Below, piece after piece: positions 39,959-49,989 of a DNA stretch of 64,000 bases (its first letter is position 1; the number at the start of each line of letters is the position of its first letter). Under the pieces are notes generated by a model, which saw nothing but the letters and a program-made list of their open reading frames with translations, ran no database searches and was not told the DNA's origin. Source of the stretch: an uncultured Candidatus Rokubacteria bacterium (lineage in GTDB: Bacteria > Methylomirabilota > Methylomirabilia > Rokubacteriales > DASRDR01); contig CAWGVS010000012.1 in the NCBI GenBank assembly GCA_963826115.1, positions 256,001 to 320,000 of the forward strand. The letters are read 5' to 3'. The translations under genes were made by a program, and so were the position numbers.

Positions 39959-40894
39959 ATGACGGCCGAGCCCGGCCAGTACCACCTGAGCCACCTCCGC
40001 TACCTCGAGGCCGAGAGCATTCACGTGCTCCGGGAGGTGGCGGCCGAGGTCGAGCGTCCGGTGCTCCTCTACTCGATCGGGAAGGACTCCTCGGTGCTGC
40101 TGCGTCTCGCGCAGAAGGCCTTCGCGCCCGCCAAGCTCCCCTTCCCGCTCCTGCACGTGGACACCGGGTTCAAGTTCGAGGAGATGTACGCGTTTCGCGA
40201 TCGGATCGCGCGCGAGAGCGGGGCGCAGCTCCTCGTCTGGCGGAACGCGGACGCGATCGCGCGGGGCACGAATCCCTTCGACCTCGGTACGCAGCGGTGC
40301 TGCGGACTCCTGAAGACGGACGCCCTCCTGACCGGGCTCCGCCATCACGGTTTCCGCGCGGCCATCGGCGGCGCGCGACGCGACGAGGAGAAGGCGCGGG
40401 CCAAGGAGCGGTTCTTCTCGGTCCGGGACGCGTTCGGCCAGTGGGATCCCAAGAACCAGCGGCCCGAGCTCTGGAATCTCTACAACGGGCACGTCGGACC
40501 CCGGGAGTCCATCCGCGTCTTCCCGCTCTCGAACTGGACGGAGCTCGACGTGTGGCAGTACATCTACGTCGAGAAGATCCCCATCAATCCCCTCTACTAC
40601 GCCCGAGAGCGCGACGTGGTGGTCCGCGGCGGACAGCTCATCGTGCTGGACGGGCCCTTCGCCCCGGGCGCCCGGTACGGCCCGGCGCCCGGCGAGCGCG
40701 TCGAGCGGGTCCAGTGCCGGTTCCGGAGTCTCGGCTGCGTGCCCTGCTCGGGGGCGATTCGCTCGGCGGCCTCTACCCTCGAGGCCATCGTCGAGGAGAT
40801 GCTGCTGGCGCGGACCTCGGAGCGCGGCACGCGGGTGATCGACCACGACGCCGATGGGTCGATGGAGACGAAGAAGCGGGAGGGTTACTTCTGA
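39959..40894 (+). CDS. cysD: Sulfate adenylyltransferase subunit 2
   Basis: [51 protein letters not shown]. Confidence 0.95.
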   Translation: MTAEPGQYHLSHLRYLEAESIHVLREVAAEVERPVLLYSIGKDSSVLLRLAQKAFAPAKLPFPLLHVDTGFKFEEMYAFRDRIARESGAQLLVWRNADAIARGTNPFDLGTQRCCGLLKTDALLTGLRHHGFRAAIGGARRDEEKARAKERFFSVRDAFGQWDPKNQRPELWNLYNGHVGPRESIRVFPLSNWTELDVWQYIYVEKIPINPLYYARERDVVVRGGQLIVLDGPFAPGARYGPAPGERVERVQCRFRSLGCVPCSGAIRSAASTLEAIVEEMLLARTSERGTRVIDHDADGSMETKKREGYF

Positions 40895-42792
40895 CCGTCG
40901 GGGCCCTTCTCCATCGGTCCCGGACCCGGGACCTCCTCCGGCTGTCGGTCATGGGCAGCGTCGACGACGGCAAGTCCACGCTCATCGGACGGCTCCTGCA
41001 CGACACGAAGGCGATCCACGAGGACACCCTCGCCACGCTGAAGGCGGACTCCGCCCGCGTCGGCACCGGCCCCGAGATCGACTTCGCGCTGCTGACGGAC
41101 GGGCTCAAGGCCGAGCGCGAGCAAAAGATCACGATCGACGTCGCCTACCGCTACTTCTCGACGCCCGCGCGGACGTTCATCATCGCCGATACGCCCGGCC
41201 ACGAGCAGTACACGCGCAACATGGTGACGGGCGCCTCGACCGCGAACCTCGCCATCGTTCTCGTCGACGCCCGGCAGGGCATCCTGACGCAAACGAAGCG
41301 GCATTCCTTCCTCGCGTCGCTCTTGGGCATCCCCCGGCTCCTCATCGCCGTGAACAAGATGGACCTGGTCGGGTACGCGGAGGCACCCTTCGACCGCATC
41401 GTCGCCGACTACCGCGACTTCGCCATCCGACTCGGTGTCGTCGATCTCCAGTTCGCGCCGATCAGCGCCCTCCACGGCGACAACGTCGTCGAGCGGAGCG
41501 CGCACATGCCCTGGTACCAGGGCGACCCGATTCTGCGATACCTCGAGCACGTCTACTCCGGCGGTGACCGGAACCTGGTCGACTTCCGCCTGCCCGTCCA
41601 GTACGTCCTGCGGCCCAATCCCGACTTCCGCGGGTTCGCCGGGCAGATCGCCTCGGGCGTCGTGAAGGCCGGGGACGAGGTGCTGGCGCTCCCGTCCATG
41701 CGGACGACCCGGATCGCGAGCATCCTGGGCCCGGAGGGCGCCTGTCGTCAGGCCTTCGCGCCGATGTCCGTCGCCGTGACCCTGGAGGACGACATCGACG
41801 TATCCCGTGGCGACATGCTGGTCCACCCCCGGAACCTGCCGAAGATGCAGGCGAGCTTCGAGGGCATGGTCGTGTGGCTGGCCGAGGAGCCGATGCGCCT
41901 GGATCGCCCGTACCTCGTCAAGCACACGACCCGGACGGCCAGGGCCACGATCCGCAAGGTCGGGTACCGGGTCGACGTGAACACGCTGAGCCGCCTGCCG
42001 CCCGCCCCGCTCGAGTTGAACGAGATCGGACGCGTCGCGCTCGAGGCCACCCAGCCGCTCCTCCTCGACCCGTACGCGCGGAACCGGTCGACCGGCAGCT
42101 TCATTCTCATCGACTCCGTCACGGGCAACACCGCGGGGGCCGGGATGGTCATCGACCGGGTGCCCGAGAGCGACCTGCACCCGCGCGGCTCCGCGGCGCC
42201 GCGGGCGCACGTCAGCCCCGAGGTCGGGCGCGTGTCGCCGGACGCCCGGGCCGGGCTCCTCGGCCAGCGCGCCGTGACCATCTGGCTCACCGGTCTCTCG
42301 GGATCGGGGAAATCGTCCATCGCGCGGGAAGCCGAGTGGCGGCTCCACTCGACCCACCGGCACGTCTACGTGCTCGACGGCGACAACGTCCGCTTCGGTC
42401 TGAACCGTGACCTGTCCTTCTCGAAGGCCGACCGCGCGGAGAACATCCGCCGCATCGCCGAGGTGGCCCGCCTCCTGAACGAGGCCGGCATCGTCGTGCT
42501 GGTGCCCGTGATCTCACCGTTCCGCGACGACCGCGAGATGGCTCGGCGGATCATCGGCGCGGACCGCTTTCGAGAGGTCCACGTGGCCACGCCGATCGAG
42601 GTGTGCGAGCGCCGTGACGCCAAGGGTCTCTACCACCGGGCGCGGGCCGGCGAGATCCCGGACTTCACGGGTATCTCCTCCCCGTACGAGCCGCCCGAGG
42701 CGCCGTTCCTGCGGCTCGACACGACGCACCGCACGGTCGACGAGTGCGTCGAGGAGCTGCTGACGCACGTGCGGCCACTCCTCGCACCGTAG
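40891..42792 (+). CDS. cysNC: Bifunctional sulfate adenylyltransferase subunit 1 / APS kinase; probable CTG start
   Basis: [31 protein letters not shown]; [27 protein letters not shown]; CTG at 40891 overlaps the cysD TGA and follows GGGAGGG. Confidence 0.92.
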   Translation: MTVGALLHRSRTRDLLRLSVMGSVDDGKSTLIGRLLHDTKAIHEDTLATLKADSARVGTGPEIDFALLTDGLKAEREQKITIDVAYRYFSTPARTFIIADTPGHEQYTRNMVTGASTANLAIVLVDARQGILTQTKRHSFLASLLGIPRLLIAVNKMDLVGYAEAPFDRIVADYRDFAIRLGVVDLQFAPISALHGDNVVERSAHMPWYQGDPILRYLEHVYSGGDRNLVDFRLPVQYVLRPNPDFRGFAGQIASGVVKAGDEVLALPSMRTTRIASILGPEGACRQAFAPMSVAVTLEDDIDVSRGDMLVHPRNLPKMQASFEGMVVWLAEEPMRLDRPYLVKHTTRTARATIRKVGYRVDVNTLSRLPPAPLELNEIGRVALEATQPLLLDPYARNRSTGSFILIDSVTGNTAGAGMVIDRVPESDLHPRGSAAPRAHVSPEVGRVSPDARAGLLGQRAVTIWLTGLSGSGKSSIAREAEWRLHSTHRHVYVLDGDNVRFGLNRDLSFSKADRAENIRRIAEVARLLNEAGIVVLVPVISPFRDDREMARRIIGADRFREVHVATPIEVCERRDAKGLYHRARAGEIPDFTGISSPYEPPEAPFLRLDTTHRTVDECVEELLTHVRPLLAP

Positions 42793-42879
42793 GTTACCGG
42801 CGGGCGGCCCCGAGCGCGGCGCCCGCTCGGCCGGAGCGCGCCACGGCGACCGCGCGATCGTCGTGGCGCCAGGCGGACT

Positions 42880-43392
42880 CTAGGAGCCGCCGGCCGCCTG
42901 CTTGGGGCCGAAGAGCAGAAGCTCCGCCCAGGACCCTGTCTTGTCGAAGATGATCAGGAGCCCCTGCTTTCGGTAGTGGAAGGAGGGGCGGCCGGTCGAC
43001 TCCTCGGTCCCGACCGCGTCCGGCGGTCCCCAGCCGTTCGAGACGGAGCGGAACGAGAAGACGTGGGGCTTCGGATAGAGGGCCAGCGACCGCACCACGT
43101 CGGGGGCGAACCGCCCGCCGGCCTCGAGCCCGAAGCTGATGACCATGCGCTCCAGGCCCTGCGGGGCGCGCTCCCCGGCATAGGTCCATTCCGCCACGGT
43201 CCGGCCTTCCTCGACCATCGACCGCTCGCGGCTCGGGCGGCCGTACAGCCGCTCGACGTCGGCCCGGGTCGTCTCGCTCGGCGCGAGCCCGCCCCAGGTC
43301 TCCGCCCCGAGGTCGGCCGCGCCGACGAGGAGCCCGGCCACGACCGCGATGGCCCCGAGCGTCCGCCGCGCGCCGCGCCCGACGCGCCTCAC
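42880..43392 (-). CDS. Hypothetical exported protein (SmpA/BamE-like V...YG.P repeats)
   Basis: Signal-like hydrophobic segment; GTGA overlap with the citE stop. Confidence 0.6.
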   Translation of the reverse strand: MRRVGRGARRTLGAIAVVAGLLVGAADLGAETWGGLAPSETTRADVERLYGRPSRERSMVEEGRTVAEWTYAGERAPQGLERMVISFGLEAGGRFAPDVVRSLALYPKPHVFSFRSVSNGWGPPDAVGTEESTGRPSFHYRKQGLLIIFDKTGSWAELLLFGPKQAAGGS

Positions 43393-44267
43393 GGCGCGCC
43401 TCCAGCCAGCTGGGCGCGCTCGAGCGTGTCGCGGGCCATGTGGACGTGGACCGCGTCGACGAACTGGCCCTCGAGGCGCAAGGCGCCCCGGCCGCCGCGC
43501 TCCGCGGCCTCGTAGGCCGCGAGCACGCGCCGCGCCTCGGCCACGGCCTCGGCGGACGGGCTGAAGCAGCGGTTGGCCACCTCGATCTGGCTCGGGTGGA
43601 TCAGCGCCTTCCCGTCGAAGCCGAGGTCGGCGCCGAGCCGCGTGTGGCTCTCGAGCCGGTCGGGCTGCCCGAGGTCGAAGCAGGGGGAGTCGATGGCGTC
43701 GAGACCCGTCGCCCGCGCCACCAGGACGATGCGGCTCATCACGTGGAGCTCCGTCAGGCGGCCGGGCACCAGCCGCGCGCGCGTCTCCCGCGCCAGGTCC
43801 CCCGCCCCGTAGAAGAGGGCCGCCGCCCGCGGGACTGCGCGGGCCAGCGCCTCGAGACCGACAACGGCCGCCGCGGTCTCCACCAGGAGGTGGAAGCGGA
43901 TCCCTCCCGGCGGGCGCCCGCTCGCGCCCTCCAGTCGCGCGACGTCCGCGTCGAGTCGCGCGACGTCCACGGCGTCCGAGAGCTTCGGCAGGAGGAGGGC
44001 GTCGGGACCGAGCGGCACGACGGCGGCCAGGTCGACGGCGTGCTCCGCCGCACCGGACGCGTTCACGCGCACGATGCGCTCGCGGCCGCCGAAGTCCACG
44101 CGGCGCAGCGCCGCCACCACCCACTCCCGCGCCTGCGCCTTCTGCGCCGGGGCCACCGCGTCCTCCAGATCGAGGATGACCCCGTCCGCGGCCATCGCCG
44201 CCGCCTTGGCAATGCGCTCCGGTCGGGTCCCCGGCACGAAGAGAAGACTCCGCCGGAGTCGACTCAC
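43389..44267 (-). CDS. HpcH/HpaI aldolase / CitE-like CoA ester lyase
   Basis: RRS.LFVPG, DLEDAV, VRVN, LPK, VET, GF.GK..IHPSQ, VD..H. Confidence 0.88.
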   Translation of the reverse strand: MSRLRRSLLFVPGTRPERIAKAAAMAADGVILDLEDAVAPAQKAQAREWVVAALRRVDFGGRERIVRVNASGAAEHAVDLAAVVPLGPDALLLPKLSDAVDVARLDADVARLEGASGRPPGGIRFHLLVETAAAVVGLEALARAVPRAAALFYGAGDLARETRARLVPGRLTELHVMSRIVLVARATGLDAIDSPCFDLGQPDRLESHTRLGADLGFDGKALIHPSQIEVANRCFSPSAEAVAEARRVLAAYEAAERGGRGALRLEGQFVDAVHVHMARDTLERAQLAGGAP

Positions 44268-44881
44268 GCCCGTCCTCGCCGGTGCGAGAGCACCTCGAAC
44301 CCCGCCGCGCGCAGGGCGTCGATGATGGGCCGCAGCTCGCACGGCTCGAGCCGCACGCTGAACACCGTCTTCCCCTCGGACCCGGGGACCGCACCGACGC
44401 TGATGATCCGGCCGTCGTGGGCGCGAATGATCTCGACGATGCGCTCGTAGGCGTCCGGGCCGCCGGCCACTCCCACGTCGAGCCGCGTGGACTGGGTCAG
44501 GAGCCCGAGCAGCTCCACCAGGACCGCCAGGAGATCGGTCTCCGTGACGATGCCCACCAGGCGTCCTTGCGAGACCACCGGCACGCAGCCGATCTTCTTG
44601 ACCACGAGGAGGCTGGCCGCCTCCTCGACCGGCGCGTCGGGCCCCACGACGGTGAGGTCCTCGCTCATGAGCTCGCGGACCCGGGCCCGGGCCAGCCCCG
44701 GGGAGAGCAGCACGGGCCGGAGATCCCGGTCGGACAGAATCCCCACCAGGTGCCCGTCCTCCACCACGGGGAGGTGCCGGAACCGGTGGTCCCGCATCAG
44801 CCGGTAGGCATGCCGGGCAGTCTCGTGAGGCCGGACCGTCACCAGGTCGGTCGCCATGACATCGCGGACGGCAAGGCTCAT
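44264..44881 (-). CDS. CBS-pair + ACT domain protein (AcuB-like)
   Basis: V.D.M, RHLPVV, LVGI..D.D, IGC.PVV, LVGIVTETD. Confidence 0.85.
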   Translation of the reverse strand: MSLAVRDVMATDLVTVRPHETARHAYRLMRDHRFRHLPVVEDGHLVGILSDRDLRPVLLSPGLARARVRELMSEDLTVVGPDAPVEEAASLLVVKKIGCVPVVSQGRLVGIVTETDLLAVLVELLGLLTQSTRLDVGVAGGPDAYERIVEIIRAHDGRIISVGAVPGSEGKTVFSVRLEPCELRPIIDALRAAGFEVLSHRRGRA

Positions 44882-44971
44882 GACCGCGTTCTCCTCTCCC
44901 TACCCTAGCGCGACCCGCGGCCGGCGGCATGACGGTCCGGCGACGCGGGGCCCGCCGGAGCGCGCGGCCGA

Positions 44972-45982
44972 TCAGGCGAACAGGCGCGTGATCTCGTCCT
45001 GGTCGAACCGGGGGAGCGGCCCCGGCTGACCGTTCCGTGTCAGCACGACACCCGCGTCCCGCGGCACGACCCGTCCGATGAAGGCCGCGTCGATCCCTTC
45101 CCGCGCGAACGCGTGGAGCACGACCCCGGCGTCCGCCGGCGCGAGCGCCAGAAGCAGCGCGCCCGACGCGATGGTGCCCAGAGGATCGAGCCCGAACTCG
45201 CGGCAAAGCGCCGCGCCCGCGGAGAGGACAGGGATCCGCTCCGCCTCGACGGCGAGTCCCACGCCGGCCGCGTCGGCCACTTCCCAGAGCGCCGTGGCCA
45301 CGCCGCCCTCGGTGGGATCGTGCATCGAGTGGACGGGCACCAGCGTGGTCGCCAGCCGGGCCTCGGGCACGACGGATAGGTGCGCCGACAGGCCGCGCGC
45401 GCGGGCCAGCCAGGCCTCGTCGTACCCGCGAGCGCGGAGCTCGTCGGCCCGCACCCGCGCGATGATCGACGTCCCCTCCACCGGCACGCCCTTCGTGAGC
45501 ACGAGGGCATCGCCGGGGCGCGCCCCGCCGGTCGTCACGAGCCGCGTCTTGTCGACCTCGCCGAGCATGGTGCCGACCATGATCGGTCGATCGAGCCCGG
45601 GTGTCACCTCCGTGTGCCCGCCGACCAGCGCGACGCCGAGCGTCTTACACGCGGCACCCAGCTGGCCGAACAGGGTTCGCACCGCGTCCTCGGTCGTGCG
45701 GCCCTCCGGCAGGAGGCAGGTGGCGAGAAACCAGCGCGGCGCGGCGCCGCGCACTGCCAGATCGTTGGCGTTGACCACGAGCGCGTACCAGCCGAGGTCC
45801 TCCGTCACGAACGTGATGGGATCCGTCGTGGCCACGAGGTAGCGGTCCCCCATGTCCAGCACGGCGGCGTCCTCGCCGACCCGGGGCCCCACGACAACAC
45901 GCGGATCCGCGCCGGCGTGTTGCGCCAGCAGGTCGCGCAGAAGGTCCGGCCGGAGCTTGCCAAGGGGGAGCGTCGTGGCCAT
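44972..45982 (-). CDS. AIR synthase-related (PurM/HypE-like) protein
   Basis: GKL, GEDAAV, DPIT, NAND, GGHTE, MHDPTEGG, GLDPL..I.SG. Confidence 0.8.
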   Translation of the reverse strand: MATTLPLGKLRPDLLRDLLAQHAGADPRVVVGPRVGEDAAVLDMGDRYLVATTDPITFVTEDLGWYALVVNANDLAVRGAAPRWFLATCLLPEGRTTEDAVRTLFGQLGAACKTLGVALVGGHTEVTPGLDRPIMVGTMLGEVDKTRLVTTGGARPGDALVLTKGVPVEGTSIIARVRADELRARGYDEAWLARARGLSAHLSVVPEARLATTLVPVHSMHDPTEGGVATALWEVADAAGVGLAVEAERIPVLSAGAALCREFGLDPLGTIASGALLLALAPADAGVVLHAFAREGIDAAFIGRVVPRDAGVVLTRNGQPGPLPRFDQDEITRLFA

Positions 45983-46240
45983 GCGAGCCGGGCCAGTATA
46001 GCAAGCCTCCCCGGAGTGGATTTGCCCGCCCGCCGGGGCATTTCCGCGCGGCCAGTCGATTGGTCTCGCCCGGGGTCGCGACCTCGGGCGCGACGCAGAA
46101 GACGACCTAACCGATCGAGAACACAGGGGTATGGAGGCCCATCTCGGGAGCGGCGTAGGCCGGCGCTCGAGGAGGCAGTGCCCTTGCACCCTGCCGAGGC
46201 AACCCGGTCGCCCGGCGGCCGGAATGAGGGAGGGCTATCC

Positions 46241-47068
46241 ATGCGGACACGGGTGGGGGCGGTCGCCCCCTGGATCGCGCTAGGCCTGATGGCGGGAATC
46301 CTCACGGCCTGCGGCGGGGGCAGCAGCTCGAGCACCGGGCCTACCAGCTTCAGCGGCGGCGGCGGCGGCTCGGGGGCGACAATCCAGGGTCAGGTTCGGC
46401 GGAACGGAAGCGCCGCGCTCCACGAGTCCGCGGTGACCGTCGTCCTCCGTACGGCGCTTGGCGTCGGGATCGCCGAGGCGGCCGTGGGCGACCCGGTCGT
46501 GGGTTTCACAGTCAACCTCCTCAGCTGCACCAGCCCCGCGATCATCACCTCAACCACCACGGACGCTAGCGGTAACTTCCAATTCACGGGACTTGCCGCT
46601 GGGTGTTATGTCGTCCAGGTGGTGGACCTCCCGCCCAGCCTCGTGGTGCTGGGCACCTCCTCAGATGTCGTCGTCGGCGACGGTGACATCGGGACGGTCG
46701 TGGGCACCGCGACGGTGGCCACCGAAACCGGTGCGCCACCGCTCGTGACGATCGCCTCGGTCAACGTGGCGGCCGCGAACGTGAACGACCTTCTCCAGAA
46801 CAACGCTCAGGTGTGCCACGCCATCAGCATCGCCACGGCGGCCGGCGTCAACCCGCTAGATGTGATCAAGGCACGCCAGGCTGGCGGTGGCCACGGGTGG
46901 GGACAGGTGGCCCACCAGTTCGGCGTCCCGCCGAGCGTGCTGGGGAACCAGTCCTGCACGGAGACCCAGATCTCCAACACCGTGGCGCTCGCGGGCGGGA
47001 ACGGCAAGGGCAACGGAAACGGCAAGGGCAAGGGCAAGGGCAACGGGAAGGGCAAGGGCAACAGCTAG
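46241..47068 (+). CDS. Lipoprotein with a prealbumin/SdrD-B-like domain and Gly/Lys/Asn tail
   Basis: Lipobox LTAC-GGG; TTTD..GNFQF.GL..G.Y.V; GHGWGQVA; GGAGGG SD. Confidence 0.7.
   Translation: MRTRVGAVAPWIALGLMAGILTACGGGSSSSTGPTSFSGGGGGSGATIQGQVRRNGSAALHESAVTVVLRTALGVGIAEAAVGDPVVGFTVNLLSCTSPAIITSTTTDASGNFQFTGLAAGCYVVQVVDLPPSLVVLGTSSDVVVGDGDIGTVVGTATVATETGAPPLVTIASVNVAAANVNDLLQNNAQVCHAISIATAAGVNPLDVIKARQAGGGHGWGQVAHQFGVPPSVLGNQSCTETQISNTVALAGGNGKGNGNGKGKGKGNGKGKGNS
46996..47063 (+). repeat. Low-complexity GGCAAG/GGCAAC hexamer repeat encoding (GN/GK)n
   Basis: About 11 imperfect hexamer units at the end of the lipoprotein gene. Confidence 0.7.
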
Positions 47069-47088
47069 TCACCCTCCTCGATCCGAAC

Positions 47089-47121
47089 CCGGCGCCGCCG
47101 GCTCCCCGCCGGCGGCGCCGG
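47089..47121. terminator. GC hairpin between convergent genes
   Basis: 13-bp perfect IR CCGGCGCCGCCGG/CCGGCGGCGCCGG with 7-nt loop. Confidence 0.5.
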
Positions 47122-47185
47122 CCATCCCGCCCTCCCCCGATGTCAGCGACGCTGGGCCGCTATGGTCGAGCCGCGGCTTGGCGGC

Positions 47186-48751
47186 TCAGCGCGTGATGAT
47201 CTCGTACTCGTCCTTGTGGAGCCCGGGCACAGTCTGGACGGTGACCTTCCGCTGAATCCGCCGCTGGAGCACCTCCAGTCCCTCCGACTCCTCCTCCTGG
47301 AGGTACGCCGCCAGGTCCGGGTTCACGCGAATCAGCACCTCCTGCCCCGAGATGTCACGGGTGGCCACCTGGATCTTCCGGTAGATCTCGGCCGTGAGAC
47401 CCGGCGGCGACTTCACCACCCCCGTACCCTTGCAGGTCGGGCAGGGCTGCATCAGCAGCGAGTGCAGGCTCTGGCGCACGCGCTTCCGGGTCATCTCGAC
47501 CAGGCCGAGCTCGGAGATCTCGAGCACGTTCGTGCGCGACTTGTCGTCTCCCAGGGCGCGCTTCAAGGCGCGGAACACCTGGGCCCGGTGATCCTCCTGG
47601 TCCATGTCGATGAAGTCGATGATGATGATGCCGCCCAGATCGCGGAGGCGGATCTGCCGGACGATCTCGCCGACCGCCTCGAGGTTGATCTTGAGGATCG
47701 TCTCCTCGAGATCCCGCTTCCCGACATACTTGCCGGTGTTCACGTCGATCGACACGAGAGCCTCGGTGTGGTCGATGACGAGGTAGCCGCCGGACTTGAG
47801 CCAGACCCGCCGCCGGATCGCCTTGTCGATCTCCTTCTCGATCCCGCGCGCCTCGAAGACCGACTCCCGCTCGGCGTGCAGGTGGATGCGATGGGCGAGG
47901 GCAGGCACGAGGGCCTCGGCGTACTCGAGCGCCCGACGGTACTCCTCCTCGCCGTCGATCAGGATCTCCTCGATGTCGGCGGAGAAGAGGTCCCGGACTA
48001 CCCGGAAGACGAGGTCGCCCTCCTCGTGGAGCGCCGCGCGGGCCGGCGCCTGGGCGAAGCGCGCCTGGACCTGCTGCCAGACGCGGACCAGGAACTGGAT
48101 GTCGGCGCCGAACTCGACCTCGCCCTTCCCCTCCCCCACCGTGCGGACGATGAAGCCGCCGCCCCCGGGGGGCCGGAGGTTCCGGACGAGCTGCCGCAGC
48201 CGGTCCCGCTCCTCCGCGTCATGGATCCGCCGGGAGACGCCGAGGTGGTTCACCTGGGGCATGTACACGAGGTAGCGGCCCGGCAGGCTGATGAAGGAGG
48301 TGATCCGGGCGCCCTTGGTGCCGAGGGACTCCTTCGACACCTGGACCAAGATCTCCTGACCCTTGCGGAGGACGTCCTCGATGGGCGTGATCGCCCGCCG
48401 CTCGCGCTCGGGCGGGGCCTCGGGGGAGCGTCCGCCCTCGCCGCCGGCGCCGGGCTCCTCGCCTTCGAGCTCGATGTCGACGTCCTCGTCCTCGGCGAGC
48501 ATCATTCGCTCGTACTCGCCGAGGTTGGCGATGAAGTCGCCCGCGTAGAGGAAGGCGTCCTTGGCCAGGCCCACGTCGACGAACGCGGCCTGCATCCCGG
48601 GCAGGACGTTCGTTACGACGCCCTTGTAGACGTTCCCGACGATGGACCGGTGGCGGCGGCGCTCGATGAAGAGCTCGGTGAGGACGCCGCCGTCGAGGAC
48701 GGCGACTCGGGTCTCGCTGATACCGGCGTTGACCACGATCTGGCGTGCCAT
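47186..48751 (-). CDS. rng: Ribonuclease G (Rne/Rng family)
   Basis: VGNVYKG.V..VLPGMQAAFVD, KGAR, IDVNTG, RLRD.GG.I.IDFIDM, GLVEMTRKR, CP.C.G. Confidence 0.92.
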   Translation of the reverse strand: MARQIVVNAGISETRVAVLDGGVLTELFIERRRHRSIVGNVYKGVVTNVLPGMQAAFVDVGLAKDAFLYAGDFIANLGEYERMMLAEDEDVDIELEGEEPGAGGEGGRSPEAPPERERRAITPIEDVLRKGQEILVQVSKESLGTKGARITSFISLPGRYLVYMPQVNHLGVSRRIHDAEERDRLRQLVRNLRPPGGGGFIVRTVGEGKGEVEFGADIQFLVRVWQQVQARFAQAPARAALHEEGDLVFRVVRDLFSADIEEILIDGEEEYRRALEYAEALVPALAHRIHLHAERESVFEARGIEKEIDKAIRRRVWLKSGGYLVIDHTEALVSIDVNTGKYVGKRDLEETILKINLEAVGEIVRQIRLRDLGGIIIIDFIDMDQEDHRAQVFRALKRALGDDKSRTNVLEISELGLVEMTRKRVRQSLHSLLMQPCPTCKGTGVVKSPPGLTAEIYRKIQVATRDISGQEVLIRVNPDLAAYLQEEESEGLEVLQRRIQRKVTVQTVPGLHKDEYEIITR

Positions 48752-48896
48752 GGGTCGGTGGCTCCCGCAGAGACGCCAGGTCCGCCCGGGCCTGCCCGCC
48801 CCCCGCACCGCCCGGGGCGTGGGCGCGCGACCGGCCCATCGGGGCCGGCGCGCCCAGATCCCGCAGGACGGGGCGAACGGAGACGGAGCAGCATGC

Positions 48897-49973
48897 TCAA
48901 GCGAAGCGACGCATCCGCACGTTGGCAATCAGGGCGACGGCGCCGACGGCCGTCAGGAGGGCCGAGCCGCCATAGCTGAGGAAGGGGAGGGGAATTCCCA
49001 CCACCGGCAACAGCCCCGTCACCATCCCCAGGTTGATCAGCGCCTGGGTGGCGAGGAGCACGGTGGCCCCGGTGGCGAGCAGGCTGCCGAGCGCGTCCCG
49101 CGCCGTGGCCGCGACCTCGAAGCCGCGGAGCACGAGCAGGACGTACACGATCAGCAGCGCAATCGCCCCGAGGAACCCCCACGATTCGGCGAAGGCGGCG
49201 AACACGAAGTCGGTGTGGCGCTCCGGCAGGAACGCGAGGCGGCTCTGGGTGCCTCCGAAGAGGCCCTTCCCCGCCAGCTGGCCGGAGCCGATGGTGATCT
49301 TGGCCTGAATCACGTTCCAGGCTGTGCCGAGCGGATCCCGCGACGGGTCGACGTACACGAGGATCCGCTCGCGCTGGTAGTCGCGAAGGAGAAACCAGAG
49401 CGCCGGCAGCACGGCGAGGCCACAGCCGGCGAGCATTCCGAGGTGTCGCCAGCGGGCGCCGCCCACGATGATGAGGGCCGCCGCCACCGGCAAGAGCGTG
49501 AGCGCGGTGCCGAGATCGGGCTGCTTGACGATCAGGCCGACCGCGGGAAGCGTCAGCGCCAGCGGGATGACCACGCGGTCCCAGCCGGGCCGGTACGACT
49601 CCCGGGCGGCCAGGTAGACCGCCAGCGTCCCGATGAACGCCAGCTTGAACAGCTCCGAGGGCTGGAGGCCGATCGGCCCCACCTGGATCCAGCGCCGCGC
49701 CCCGAGGGCGGAGCGACCGGCGATCAGGACGCCGACCAAGGTCAGCAGGCCCAGCCCGTACGCCCAGCAAGCCCAGCGCGCGAGCGTGCGGTAGTCGACG
49801 GCGAGCACGACCATCGCGGCCACCGAGGCGATCCCGAGGGCGATCAGCTGCCGGGCGCCCAGGCGCGGCACGAGGGTCGACACCGTCACGAGCCCCGCGA
49901 CGATCAGGAGCCCGGCCAGCCCGAAGAGCTGCCAGTCGAACTGGACCAGGAGCCGGCGGTCAACGCGCAGCAC
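48897..49973 (-). CDS. rodA: Rod shape-determining protein RodA
   Basis: GARRWI, QPSE..K, QPDLGT, YQ..RI, FLPE.HTDF.F, G.PLP.LSYGGS; follows mrdA. Confidence 0.93.
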   Translation of the reverse strand: MLRVDRRLLVQFDWQLFGLAGLLIVAGLVTVSTLVPRLGARQLIALGIASVAAMVVLAVDYRTLARWACWAYGLGLLTLVGVLIAGRSALGARRWIQVGPIGLQPSELFKLAFIGTLAVYLAARESYRPGWDRVVIPLALTLPAVGLIVKQPDLGTALTLLPVAAALIIVGGARWRHLGMLAGCGLAVLPALWFLLRDYQRERILVYVDPSRDPLGTAWNVIQAKITIGSGQLAGKGLFGGTQSRLAFLPERHTDFVFAAFAESWGFLGAIALLIVYVLLVLRGFEVAATARDALGSLLATGATVLLATQALINLGMVTGLLPVVGIPLPFLSYGGSALLTAVGAVALIANVRMRRFA

Positions 49974-49989
49974 GATCAGGCCCGTCCCG

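Noticed and set aside
44972-45982. hypE annotation
   Set aside because: No C-terminal PRIC motif and no hydrogenase genes nearby
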